Assembly: GCA_025363635.1 (NCBI GenBank)
Contig: JANYDL010000034.1
Span: 14,555-38,554, forward strand
Reading direction: 5' to 3'
From: Actinomycetes bacterium
GTDB lineage: Bacteria > Actinomycetota > Actinomycetes > Nanopelagicales > Nanopelagicaceae
Length of the DNA: 24,000 nucleotides
Part shown: piece after piece, positions 7,471-15,556 of the stretch
How positions within the stretch are numbered: the stretch's first letter is position 1
Layout: each line of letters opens with the position of its first letter
Position numbers and translations under genes: made by a program
The notes under the pieces: model-generated
What the model was told of the DNA's origin: nothing
What the model saw: only the letters and a program-made list of their open reading frames with translations
Database searches by the model: none

Positions 7471-8980
7471 GGCTCATGACCCGCTTTACTTGACGTTGAT
7501 CTACATGGGAGTCGGCGACCGAGCCCGCCCCTAAATACGTACTCCCATGTCGGGCGCTGGGCATTTTAGCTAAATCAGATTTTCGCACAAGGTAGCCCGT
7601 TATTCGGATGAAGTCGTTGCTATCTAGATTAAAAGTAAAATCGCGCATCCCATTTGCGAAGGCACCACGAATTATGTCAACGACGGCTTCAGGATTTTTC
7701 ACTGCGGTTTCGTCGAAGGAGAGAATGTCGCTTATCCCAGCAGCAAAAAGGTGATGATGGCGACTCACCGTGCGAAGATGTTCGATTAGTGGCGGTTCCG
7801 TGCCGATAGGGATGCGAGTACCTGCCGTCACGCCAAGGTCAAGATCAATGCCTGATTGAGAATGCAGAAAGGCTCTCCCCGCATTTCCGTCGCAATAAGG
7901 CATGGGTCGACTGGCAACGATTTGAGCGATCGTTGACGTGATTCTGTATCCCAAATCATCGGCAATGGAACTGTGCCCGTAGGTGCCTTCTAAACCTTCT
8001 CGTCGCATTAAAATATTGACCGCTTCTGCGAGACCGAAGATGCCGAACATGGCTGAAAATTTATCTAGAGTAAGCAATCCTTCTTTTACCAGCCAATTCG
8101 AAGTATAGAAGTTAGATTCTTCGACCAAGAATCGAATGCGCGCTTCCATGAGTTCGGAAGTTAATTCCAGGTAATGTGGCAACGTTTCCGCAAAGAATTT
8201 CTCTACTCCTCCTTCGCCAGCAAGAACAGTTTCTTTCAAATTTATCCGCACCAAAGTATGCGATCCTCCGCCGATCTTGAGAGAGTTGTAACAACTTACC
8301 GCCGCATAATCAGGTCCTAGATTACTTTTCATCATCACGTCATTGATGAAGTGAGGCTTGCCGCAAGCAAAGACAGTCTGGACGGCATCTAAAACATATT
8401 CATCACTTGTTACATGAGGATCTACTTTGAGGCTTATGTTCGGTACAACCTGCAAAAGTTCGCGCTCTAAAGCAAGAATCGTCTTCGCGACGCGATTGTA
8501 AACGGGGCTGAGATTTGTATGAGCAAAGGCATCAGGAAACATGCGATCAAGAGATATCCAAAAACGCTTTAATTTGGTGTACAGATCAGCATCACTCACA
8601 TCGTTGATGTACGGGAGGAGCAGTGTGTCTAAATCTCCGAAGTACACTGGATAACCAGTAATGGAGGGAGTCTGAGAATAAATAATTAGAAGAAAAGCGA
8701 GAGCGTCATCGATATTCGCTGCTGGAGGAAGCTCCAGAAAGAGAGAACCTTCCCGCAGAGTCCTTGCATAATCAGGCAGCAGATAGCGTGGACGATAGGG
8801 AGCGCTTCCTTCAAACATGTCGCAGATGATTCTTTTTTCCAGAGCCTGCGCGCACTCGTCGCTTATGTGGGGTGGCTCGAGAAGGTTTTCGGCCAAAGTT
8901 GCCAGACCTGCCACTCGTTGCCGATAGGTGTATTTGGGGTCGGTCACCATCGCGCGAATTTGAGGCAAGGTTGGAAACAT
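7442..8980 (-). CDS. Glycyl-radical enzyme of unknown function, YjjI family (DUF3029)-like
   Basis: The protein is 512 aa. It has a C-terminal glycyl-radical fingerprint (FIRITGYLVRKSDL, the RxxGY type), a candidate thiyl Cys in AAVSCYNSLKIGGGSHTLVRINL, and a size typical of the short YjjI-type enzymes. It lies immediately upstream of, and overlaps by 29 nt, a glycyl-radical activase. The start is set at ATG 8980 (MFPTLPQ), 13 nt after AGGAG. The track ORF start at 9166 would overlap parC. Confidence 0.7.
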   Translation of the reverse strand: MFPTLPQIRAMVTDPKYTYRQRVAGLATLAENLLEPPHISDECAQALEKRIICDMFEGSAPYRPRYLLPDYARTLREGSLFLELPPAANIDDALAFLLIIYSQTPSITGYPVYFGDLDTLLLPYINDVSDADLYTKLKRFWISLDRMFPDAFAHTNLSPVYNRVAKTILALERELLQVVPNISLKVDPHVTSDEYVLDAVQTVFACGKPHFINDVMMKSNLGPDYAAVSCYNSLKIGGGSHTLVRINLKETVLAGEGGVEKFFAETLPHYLELTSELMEARIRFLVEESNFYTSNWLVKEGLLTLDKFSAMFGIFGLAEAVNILMRREGLEGTYGHSSIADDLGYRITSTIAQIVASRPMPYCDGNAGRAFLHSQSGIDLDLGVTAGTRIPIGTEPPLIEHLRTVSRHHHLFAAGISDILSFDETAVKNPEAVVDIIRGAFANGMRDFTFNLDSNDFIRITGYLVRKSDLAKMPSARHGSTYLGAGSVADSHVDQRQVKRVMSHESSPRAGS

Positions 8981-9008
8981 GATTGAAAGGGTACTCCTGG
9001 TTTTGCTT

Positions 9009-10529
9009 TTAGATTGCTTCCAGGATTGTCGTTTTTCGAGGGGAAGCGAAGGATTTCCCAACGGCGGTGAGCTCGTCGCTGACCTGCTTGCGAATATTCG
9101 CCTCAGATTTGAGCAATGTGGTGAGATTGGCAATTGTGGTTGAGAGTTCTTTTTGTTCACCTTCAAGTTCTAGTTTGGACATTTTGGTGAGTCGTCGCAA
9201 TGGCATATCTAGAATGTAGGTGGCTTGCTCTTCGTTGAGCTTGAAACTCTTCATTAACGCTTCTTTTGCCACGGCGGCATCATCACTACTTCGAATAATC
9301 TTGATGACTTTATCGATATCGATGATTGCCTTGAGCAGGCCATCAACGAGAGTTAAGCGGCCCGTGGCTTTGGCTCTTCTAAATTCAGATCGCCTTTTCA
9401 CCACTTCAATTCTGTGAGAGATAAATACTTGCAGCAACTCTTTAAGTCCTAAAGTTTGCGGCCTTCCATTTACCAGTGCGACAGCATTAATGGAGAACGT
9501 ATCTTCCATTGGAGTGAGCTTGAACAATTGTTCTAATACTGCCTCTGGTTCAAACCCATTCTTTAGCTCGATAACAACGTTTGTTCCGGTTCTACCGTCG
9601 GTGAGGTCGATGATGTCTGAGATTCCTGTAATCTTCTTTGCTTTCGCGAGATCAGCAATTCTCTCCACAACTTTTTCTGGACCGATTGTGAAAGGCAATT
9701 CCTTTATAGTTATACCCATTTTGCGAGAGGTAACTTTTCCAATTTCGACTCTCGCACGCACCTTGAAGCTTCCCTTTCCGGTTGCGTAGGCATCGCGCAC
9801 TCCCTCAACGCCCACGAGTTGACCACCAGTGGGAAAATCGGGACCAGGGACAAATTTCATAAGCTGTTTCAAAGTCGCATTGGGGTTTTCAATGAGAAAT
9901 TTGGTCGCTGCAATTACTTCGCCAAGGTTATGGGGCGCCATATTGGTCGCCATACCCACAGCAATTCCCGAACCGCCATTAACGAGCAAATTTGGGTAAG
10001 CCGCTGGCAGTACTAAAGGTTCAAGCAACTGCCCATCGTAGTTGGACCCAAAATCAACGGTGTTTTCGTCGGCTTCCGCAACCATCGCCATCGCTGAGAG
10101 TGCCAGTCTGGCTTCGGTGTAGCGCATCGCCGCCGGTCCAGCATCGAGAGAACCAAAATTCCCATGTCCATCGATAAGGGGGAGTCGCATCGAGAAGGAT
10201 TGCGCCATTCGTACGAGGGCGTCATAGATGGCTCCATCCCCGTGAGGATGCAACTTACCCATGACTTCTCCAACGACTCGAGCGCTTTTCACATGGCCTC
10301 GTTCAGGACGAAGTCCCATATCTGCCATCTGATGAAGAATCCGGCGATGGACGGGTTTTAGTCCGTCTCTGGCATCGGGGAGCGCCCTGGAATAGATGAC
10401 CGAATATGCGTATTCAAGAAAAGAGCCAGACATTTCTGAGGCAACGTCGATATCGACTATTTTTCCTGGGTATTCACCAGGTTTTGGTCCAATTGCTTTC
10501 TTGCCTTTTGTTACACGTGGAGTCGCCAT
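9009..10529 (-). CDS. parC: Type IIA topoisomerase DNA breakage-reunion subunit, ParC-like (GyrA paralogue), lacking the C-terminal beta-pinwheel domain
   Basis: Conserved blocks are FLEYAYSVIYSRALPDARDGLKPVHRRILHQM, GKLHPHGDGAIYDALVRMAQ.FS and the catalytic Tyr in GPAAMRYTEARL. The tower and coiled-coil reach ILDMPLRRLTK...LEGEQKEL. The ORF stops after SPRKTTILEAI (506 aa). In full-length ParC/GyrA of about 750-850 aa, that is where the C-terminal domain begins. Confidence 0.85.
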   Translation of the reverse strand: MATPRVTKGKKAIGPKPGEYPGKIVDIDVASEMSGSFLEYAYSVIYSRALPDARDGLKPVHRRILHQMADMGLRPERGHVKSARVVGEVMGKLHPHGDGAIYDALVRMAQSFSMRLPLIDGHGNFGSLDAGPAAMRYTEARLALSAMAMVAEADENTVDFGSNYDGQLLEPLVLPAAYPNLLVNGGSGIAVGMATNMAPHNLGEVIAATKFLIENPNATLKQLMKFVPGPDFPTGGQLVGVEGVRDAYATGKGSFKVRARVEIGKVTSRKMGITIKELPFTIGPEKVVERIADLAKAKKITGISDIIDLTDGRTGTNVVIELKNGFEPEAVLEQLFKLTPMEDTFSINAVALVNGRPQTLGLKELLQVFISHRIEVVKRRSEFRRAKATGRLTLVDGLLKAIIDIDKVIKIIRSSDDAAVAKEALMKSFKLNEEQATYILDMPLRRLTKMSKLELEGEQKELSTTIANLTTLLKSEANIRKQVSDELTAVGKSFASPRKTTILEAI

Positions 10530-10555
10530 GGCGGTGATTATGCCAAGTTCACCCT

Positions 10556-11449
10556 TTAAAGTGCGGTAGTGACGTGCGGACGAGCACCAACTATCCCAAC
10601 ACAGGTGGAAGCCGCCCTACTTCCCGCAGAAAGGCACCGGGCAAGATTGGGATCAGACAACCAATGAGCAATGAAACCACCAGCAAATGAATCACCGGCA
10701 CCCGTGGTGTCTTTGACCTCAACCATCACAGCTTCTACCTCAATTGGTGAAGCGCCTCGAATTTGACCGATTGCTCCACGCGCACCTCTCTTAATAATAA
10801 CGTTCGGGGCGGATTGTAAAAGACGAGATAGAGCTGTGGTCAATTCGCGCGATTCGGAAATAAAGAGCGCTTCATCTTCATTCAAGATTAATGTGTACAT
10901 CAGGGGTAACCAACTCTGTACCTCGGTAAGCGTGGTCTGTTGCATGCCTCCCACCGTGGTGGGATCGAAGAAGATTGGTATTCCTCTTTTGTTGATTTCA
11001 GAGATCATAGCCAGAACACCAGGTCGTGATTTCTCGTTGATGAGTGCATAACCCGATATATAAACGGCACCAAATGGATCGAGTGAAGGAAGGTCTGAGA
11101 GAGTTAACCCAGAGTTTGCTGCCGTATCGGGAAACATTGTGCGTTCGCCATGTGAGTCAACCAAGATAACTACTACGCCAGTTTGTTCGCCTTGGACAAT
11201 CGAGGTGCGAAGTTGTACCCCCGAGGCTTGCAATTCAGTAATGATGGAAGCGCCGACAACATCATCGCCTACACGAGCAATGAGGTGAACCTCTGATCCC
11301 GATTGTGCAGCCCACGAGGCAACATTTCCAGCGGCGCCTCCACCTCGAGTTGAAATTCTCGCGGGCGTATCTTCGCCAAAATTAATAGCTCCAGATAATA
11401 CTGTCATTACGTCCAACATGACATCTCCGATGCAGAGCAACGCGGCCAT
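10556..11449 (-). CDS. psuK: PfkB-family carbohydrate kinase, probable pseudouridine kinase
   Basis: The ribokinase-like fold is indicated by GGGAAGNVA near the N-terminus and DTTGAGDSFAGGF near the C-terminus. It starts 5 nt after the psuG stop, the usual psuG-psuK pairing. Substrate is inferred from context only. Confidence 0.65.
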   Translation of the reverse strand: MAALLCIGDVMLDVMTVLSGAINFGEDTPARISTRGGGAAGNVASWAAQSGSEVHLIARVGDDVVGASIITELQASGVQLRTSIVQGEQTGVVVILVDSHGERTMFPDTAANSGLTLSDLPSLDPFGAVYISGYALINEKSRPGVLAMISEINKRGIPIFFDPTTVGGMQQTTLTEVQSWLPLMYTLILNEDEALFISESRELTTALSRLLQSAPNVIIKRGARGAIGQIRGASPIEVEAVMVEVKDTTGAGDSFAGGFIAHWLSDPNLARCLSAGSRAASTCVGIVGARPHVTTAL

Positions 11450-11454
11450 CTATC

Positions 11455-12375
11455 TCAATTCAATTCTGCGCTAGCAACGGCGATTTCCGCTGCGAGAGCG
11501 GCGTTTGATTTTATGATCTCAATGTTGATACCCAGTGACTCGCCTGCACTTGTTGAATGAAAATATTCTAGGAGGAATGGAGTGACCGCTTTCCCTATAA
11601 TTCCCTGACGCGTTGCCAGATCTAATCCAGAAGCTAAAATTTGGTCATGCCTTGTTCGCTCCATTTCTTTTTGAACAGGGTTAGCCACGATAAGGGCGGC
11701 GCTATCGGTACCAAGCTGCTTACGGGCTTTGCGAATCGCGCTCACCTCTGCAACCGAATCGACTCGGTACTCAATTGCAAACCCTGAATCAGTTAAATAG
11801 AAGCCAGGGAATTGCAATGTTTTATAGCCGACAACAGCAATCGCTAGAGTTTCGAGCCGTTCAAGAGTGGCACCAACATCGAGAATTGATTTAACTCCGG
11901 CGCATACGACGGTCATATTAAGGTGCGAGAGCGCAGTGAGATCCGCTGATTCATCAAAGGAGTCATGCGCGCCACGATGAACTCCACCGAGTCCACCAGT
12001 CGCGAAGGTAAATATCCCCGCGGAGGCAGCTAAGTGCGCTGTGGCAGCGACGGTAGTGGCCGCGCTCTTGCCTTGAGCACAAATAATTGCAAGATCTCGA
12101 CTCGAGGCTTTAGCGATATCGACCCGATTAGCAATGGAGGAAAGTTCCTCGTCGTTGAGTCCAATGTGGACTGTCCCATCAATGATGGCAATAGTTGCTG
12201 GTATGGCGCCACGTTGGCGAACTATTGATTCAACCTCCCGTGCAACTTCCAAATTAATCGGTCTTGGCATCCCATGGCTGATGATGGTCGATTCAAGGGC
12301 AACAATTGGTTTTCCATTATTTAAGGCGATGGAAACCTCATCAGAATATTGAAATATATCGGGAATCTTTTTCAC
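11455..12375 (-). CDS. psuG: Pseudouridine-5'-phosphate glycosidase (YeiN/PsuG, indigoidine synthase A-like)
   Basis: The translation shows VSIALNNGKPIVALESTIISHGMPRP.NLEVA, GAIPATIAIIDG..HIGL, TATGGLGGVHRGA and DISADL-type blocks typical of PsuG. Length is 306 aa. Confidence 0.85.
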   Translation of the reverse strand: MKKIPDIFQYSDEVSIALNNGKPIVALESTIISHGMPRPINLEVAREVESIVRQRGAIPATIAIIDGTVHIGLNDEELSSIANRVDIAKASSRDLAIICAQGKSAATTVAATAHLAASAGIFTFATGGLGGVHRGAHDSFDESADLTALSHLNMTVVCAGVKSILDVGATLERLETLAIAVVGYKTLQFPGFYLTDSGFAIEYRVDSVAEVSAIRKARKQLGTDSAALIVANPVQKEMERTRHDQILASGLDLATRQGIIGKAVTPFLLEYFHSTSAGESLGINIEIIKSNAALAAEIAVASAELN

Positions 12376-12412
12376 GGCGTCACGATACTCGTTTTAGTGG
12401 CAGTATTGAACC

Positions 12413-13519
12413 GTGCATTTAGCCGACGTCACTCCTTCAATATTTGCCGGGCTCGGACTCAGCGATCCCCTTGGGAGAAATGAGTTTGTCTCAAGTCCAC
12501 AAGGGCGAGAATGCTTATTACTCGTTGATGGATTAGGTGCATCAGTCATCACAGAATTTGCGGAATATGTTCCAATTTTTGCCTCCATGAAAAGATTAAG
12601 TGATGTCGAAACTTCATTCCCTTCAACAACTGCCACGAGCCTAACTACTCTGATGACGGGAGAGATGCCGGGAGCACATGGAATGTTGGGTTACACGGTG
12701 AGAGTTCCGCGAAGTGGTGGCAGAATTCTCAATGCATTGAAATGGGACGAGCGAGTCGACCCTTCGGCATGGCAGCCGATACCAACACTTTTTGAACGAG
12801 GAGCTGCAAGTGGTATATCCGTTTCCCATGTGGCAGCAAAGCGATATGAAGATTCAGGCTTTACGCGCGCCTCGTTTCGAGGCGCGCAGTTTCGAGGCGC
12901 AAATGTCTTAACGGACATGGTTGGTGAAGCCATCAAAGCTTTAACCGCATCGCCCTCATTTGCGTATCTCTATATCAATGAACTCGATGTTGCAGGACAT
13001 AGTGATGGCGTTGGGTCTGAAAAGTGGTTAAGTGCACTCAGCTACGTGAACACAGTCATCGTTACTTTGCTCGATAACCTGCCTACCGGAGTTCGATTCT
13101 GGGTAACGGCAGACCATGGAATGGTAAATGCAAAAGAGAAAATTGTCATGGGCAAAGGCAACTCCCTTCTCGATGGTGTCACTCTAGTCGCGGGCGAACC
13201 ACGCGCTAGGCATCTTTATATTGATGAAGCGAATGCAAGTGACGAGGCGCAACCGATTGCTCAATTATGGAGAGAGAGCTTGGGAGACAAAGTAGATGTG
13301 TTCACACGTAGTGAAGCGTTAGCGGCAAACCTCTTTGGACCGATGGCCTCACTGGATGCTATAGATCGTATGGGGGACTTAATTGTTATTGCACGCGATG
13401 GATTGGTCTTAATTGATCCGGCACGTGAAGCCCTTGAATCAGCGATGGTGGGTCACCACGGCGCACTAACCGAAAGTGAAAGATTGGTTCCACTTTTGGT
13501 GTCTGAAATTGAGAAGTAA
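12413..13519 (+). CDS. Alkaline-phosphatase superfamily protein (nucleotide pyrophosphatase/phosphodiesterase-like)
   Basis: Metal-ligand and nucleophile blocks are present: LLLVDGLG, SFPSTTATSLTTLMTG..PG.HG, DVAGHSDG, TADHGMV and GHHGALT..E..VPLL. The start codon is GTG. Confidence 0.7.
   Translation: MHLADVTPSIFAGLGLSDPLGRNEFVSSPQGRECLLLVDGLGASVITEFAEYVPIFASMKRLSDVETSFPSTTATSLTTLMTGEMPGAHGMLGYTVRVPRSGGRILNALKWDERVDPSAWQPIPTLFERGAASGISVSHVAAKRYEDSGFTRASFRGAQFRGANVLTDMVGEAIKALTASPSFAYLYINELDVAGHSDGVGSEKWLSALSYVNTVIVTLLDNLPTGVRFWVTADHGMVNAKEKIVMGKGNSLLDGVTLVAGEPRARHLYIDEANASDEAQPIAQLWRESLGDKVDVFTRSEALAANLFGPMASLDAIDRMGDLIVIARDGLVLIDPAREALESAMVGHHGALTESERLVPLLVSEIEK
12865..12887. repeat. Perfect 10-bp GC-rich inverted repeat (3-nt loop) inside the AlkP-family CDS, overlapping a 15-bp tandem duplication
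   Basis: GCGCGCCTCG-TTT-CGAGGCGCGC spans 12865-12887. GTTTCGAGGCGC is then repeated at 12890-12901. The pair encodes SFRGA-QFRGA. Confidence 0.9.
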
Positions 13520-13523
13520 TCGA

Positions 13524-14327
13524 TCAGTTTTCAGGCTCTTCGGCATCCTTCTTTGAGCCGCCAAACATTATCTCGTCCCATGAGGGAACTTTTGCTCGAC
13601 CAGTAACTCCATCTCTTGCTGCATCTTCATCTGGCACTTCCCGAATTGAGACTAGACGCGGTGCTTCGTGAGATTCAATAAGACGATTTTGTTGTGGCAA
13701 TCGAGCGGCCGGGTGATTGCCATAGATGAGTCCGTGCTCGGAAGTGCTTCGTTCTTTGAGCGCGGAATCATCACCTGTTAGCCATCGCGCTGAGTCATCA
13801 AGAGGGGAGAGAACTTTTCTCATCGCGTCATAGTTCCAATCGGCAATACCAACGCCGTCTCGATTGGGAAAACTCAAGCGAATTACCCAACTCGAATCTT
13901 CCAGTCTCCAGCAATTCCAGTCGAAGGCGTTTACATCGACATTGCGAGGTGCCAGACGTGAAATAACCAGATCGAGAAAATTCAGAGGCTCTCGTCCACT
14001 TTCCTTGCGGAGAATCACTTCTTTTGCAAGGGAAATGATGTATGCGCGCTCCTGTTGAATGGGCCCCGCAAATCTCTCTACCTTTTCGATCGTCCAATCT
14101 GCGTCTCGCGCAACAGTTTCAATCGCTTCGCCGGCCCTGAGTCTTGCCTGAATCTCCTTGACCGAAATTGACTCGCCATCTGAACTTCTCACCGAAGCTA
14201 AGCGCGGTTGATTTACGGTTGCTCTCAAGGTGTCGCTGATCCGCAATGTGTATTCGCTTCCATCATTGTCGTGCAAAGATAAATAAGCGCCATCAGCACT
14301 CTTGCCTATGAGTCGAAGTTCGGTCAC
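13524..14327 (-). CDS. sepH: Septation protein SepH (DUF3071), FtsZ-interacting cell division factor
   Basis: TELRLIGKSADGAYLSLHDNDGSEYTLRISDTLRATV, IQARLRAGE, VERFAGPIQQERAYI and DWNCWRLEDSSWVIRL align block by block with Streptomyces and Mycobacterium SepH. The start is placed at GTG 14327, which overlaps the MFS stop as GTGA. The track start at 14396 adds 23 non-conserved residues inside the MFS gene. Confidence 0.85.
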   Translation of the reverse strand: MTELRLIGKSADGAYLSLHDNDGSEYTLRISDTLRATVNQPRLASVRSSDGESISVKEIQARLRAGEAIETVARDADWTIEKVERFAGPIQQERAYIISLAKEVILRKESGREPLNFLDLVISRLAPRNVDVNAFDWNCWRLEDSSWVIRLSFPNRDGVGIADWNYDAMRKVLSPLDDSARWLTGDDSALKERSTSEHGLIYGNHPAARLPQQNRLIESHEAPRLVSIREVPDEDAARDGVTGRAKVPSWDEIMFGGSKKDAEEPEN

Positions 14328-15535
14328 GAAGCCGAGCGTAACCGATTCCATGTGCCGAAGTAGGGAAGTGACATAGCAAGTGCGGCACAAAGACATCCAA
14401 GGGGAACCACAAATGCCCTTTGCGCTCCATAGTTGTCGATTGCCCAGCCGGCTAAAGCGCTAGCGAAGGCGCCCCCCAAAGGCATGCCCGCAACAACCCA
14501 CGCTAACGTTTCCGTTATTTGGCTTGGAGGTACCGATGTTTCGGCAACTCCATATGCCGCGATGATGAGCGGGGCAACTGCCAGACCGCTAGCAAAGAGC
14601 GCGATCGAAAGGAAGATTAAATTCCCTGTAAAGAGAAGCGGAATCGATAGCACGGTGAGGGCCACGAGAAAGCGCAGAAAACGTTGGGCATAGTTGAGTT
14701 TCCATTTCACAATCCCATTAATGGCAGCTGCCACTGCGCTTCCTGAAGCCCAGATCGCTAAAATGATTCCCGTGCGCGATGCAGCATGGTGGCTTTGAGC
14801 ATAGGCAACCACAGTAATTCCCACGGCGCTGAAAAAACCGCCAATAAAGATCGAGGGAAGCACTACGGCTTGAACAACGACATTTCGGAATACCGGAGAA
14901 TGAAATTCATCGGAAATGCGTGGATGTGCTGGAGGTTCGGTTTTCTTCTGCACAGCAAAAGCGGTTGTTCCAACAAGCATAAAAAATAATCCGACAATGA
15001 GCCCGGCAGACGGCGCAATCGATGTCGCACATGCAGTTGCGATTACTGGACCCAAAATGAAAACTATTTCATCCATGAGCGCTTCATAGGAATATGCGGT
15101 GTTGATGAGTGCGCGATCATCTCCCAAGGCCCACAACCAGCGACGTCGCACTAAACCGCCGGCATTAATAACTGCAGATTCCGCCGCGATGATGGCGACG
15201 AACCAGGTCCATGTAGGTGTTTTCATGGTAACAAGCACAATAAATATTGCGAGAAAGAAAGTACGTAAGGGAATTGCGATGAGCAATGTGCGTCGTTGGC
15301 CGATTCGATCAGAGGTTCGAGACCAAAATGGCAAGGAAATCGAGACGACAACCGAGGCCACTGCAGCCAAAGCACCTGCGAGAGTGTAGGAATTGCTGGC
15401 GTGGACGACAATAAAGATGAGAGCCAGAGAATCCATTGAAATCGGCATTCGAGCGATGAGGCCCGCAAGAGAGAAGCGAAGGCCGCCCGGAGTATCAAAA
15501 AGACGGGAGTAGGCCTTAAACATGAAACCGAGCAT
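14324..15535 (-). CDS. MFS-type transporter, substrate unknown
   Basis: The 403-aa protein is a continuous series of hydrophobic helices. It has an MFS-like loop motif (SDRIGQRRTLL) after the second helix. Confidence 0.8.
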   Translation of the reverse strand: MLGFMFKAYSRLFDTPGGLRFSLAGLIARMPISMDSLALIFIVVHASNSYTLAGALAAVASVVVSISLPFWSRTSDRIGQRRTLLIAIPLRTFFLAIFIVLVTMKTPTWTWFVAIIAAESAVINAGGLVRRRWLWALGDDRALINTAYSYEALMDEIVFILGPVIATACATSIAPSAGLIVGLFFMLVGTTAFAVQKKTEPPAHPRISDEFHSPVFRNVVVQAVVLPSIFIGGFFSAVGITVVAYAQSHHAASRTGIILAIWASGSAVAAAINGIVKWKLNYAQRFLRFLVALTVLSIPLLFTGNLIFLSIALFASGLAVAPLIIAAYGVAETSVPPSQITETLAWVVAGMPLGGAFASALAGWAIDNYGAQRAFVVPLGCLCAALAMSLPYFGTWNRLRSAS

Positions 15536-15556
15536 ATTGCGCGTTAGGCTTGCGAT

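Noticed and set aside
8981-9166. N-terminal 62 residues of the 574-aa track ORF (7442..9166), which would overlap the 3' end of parC by 158 nt
   Set aside because: The extension is Ser/Pro/Lys-rich and has no family-like sequence. The conserved glycyl-radical enzyme sequence begins at Met63 (ATG 8980), which has an AGGAG upstream. The overlap is best explained as an open frame running by chance into parC.
14328-14396. Longer SepH start (track ORF 13524..14396), and similar 5' extensions of comM (18576) and dprA (20087)
   Set aside because: Each extension lies inside the preceding gene. It adds residues absent from the conserved N-termini (M-TELRL, MTLGISLG, MKEREARA). In each case a start codon lies at or next to the upstream gene's stop: GTGA for sepH and ATGA for dprA overlap it, and the comM ATG sits 11 nt after the yraN stop.
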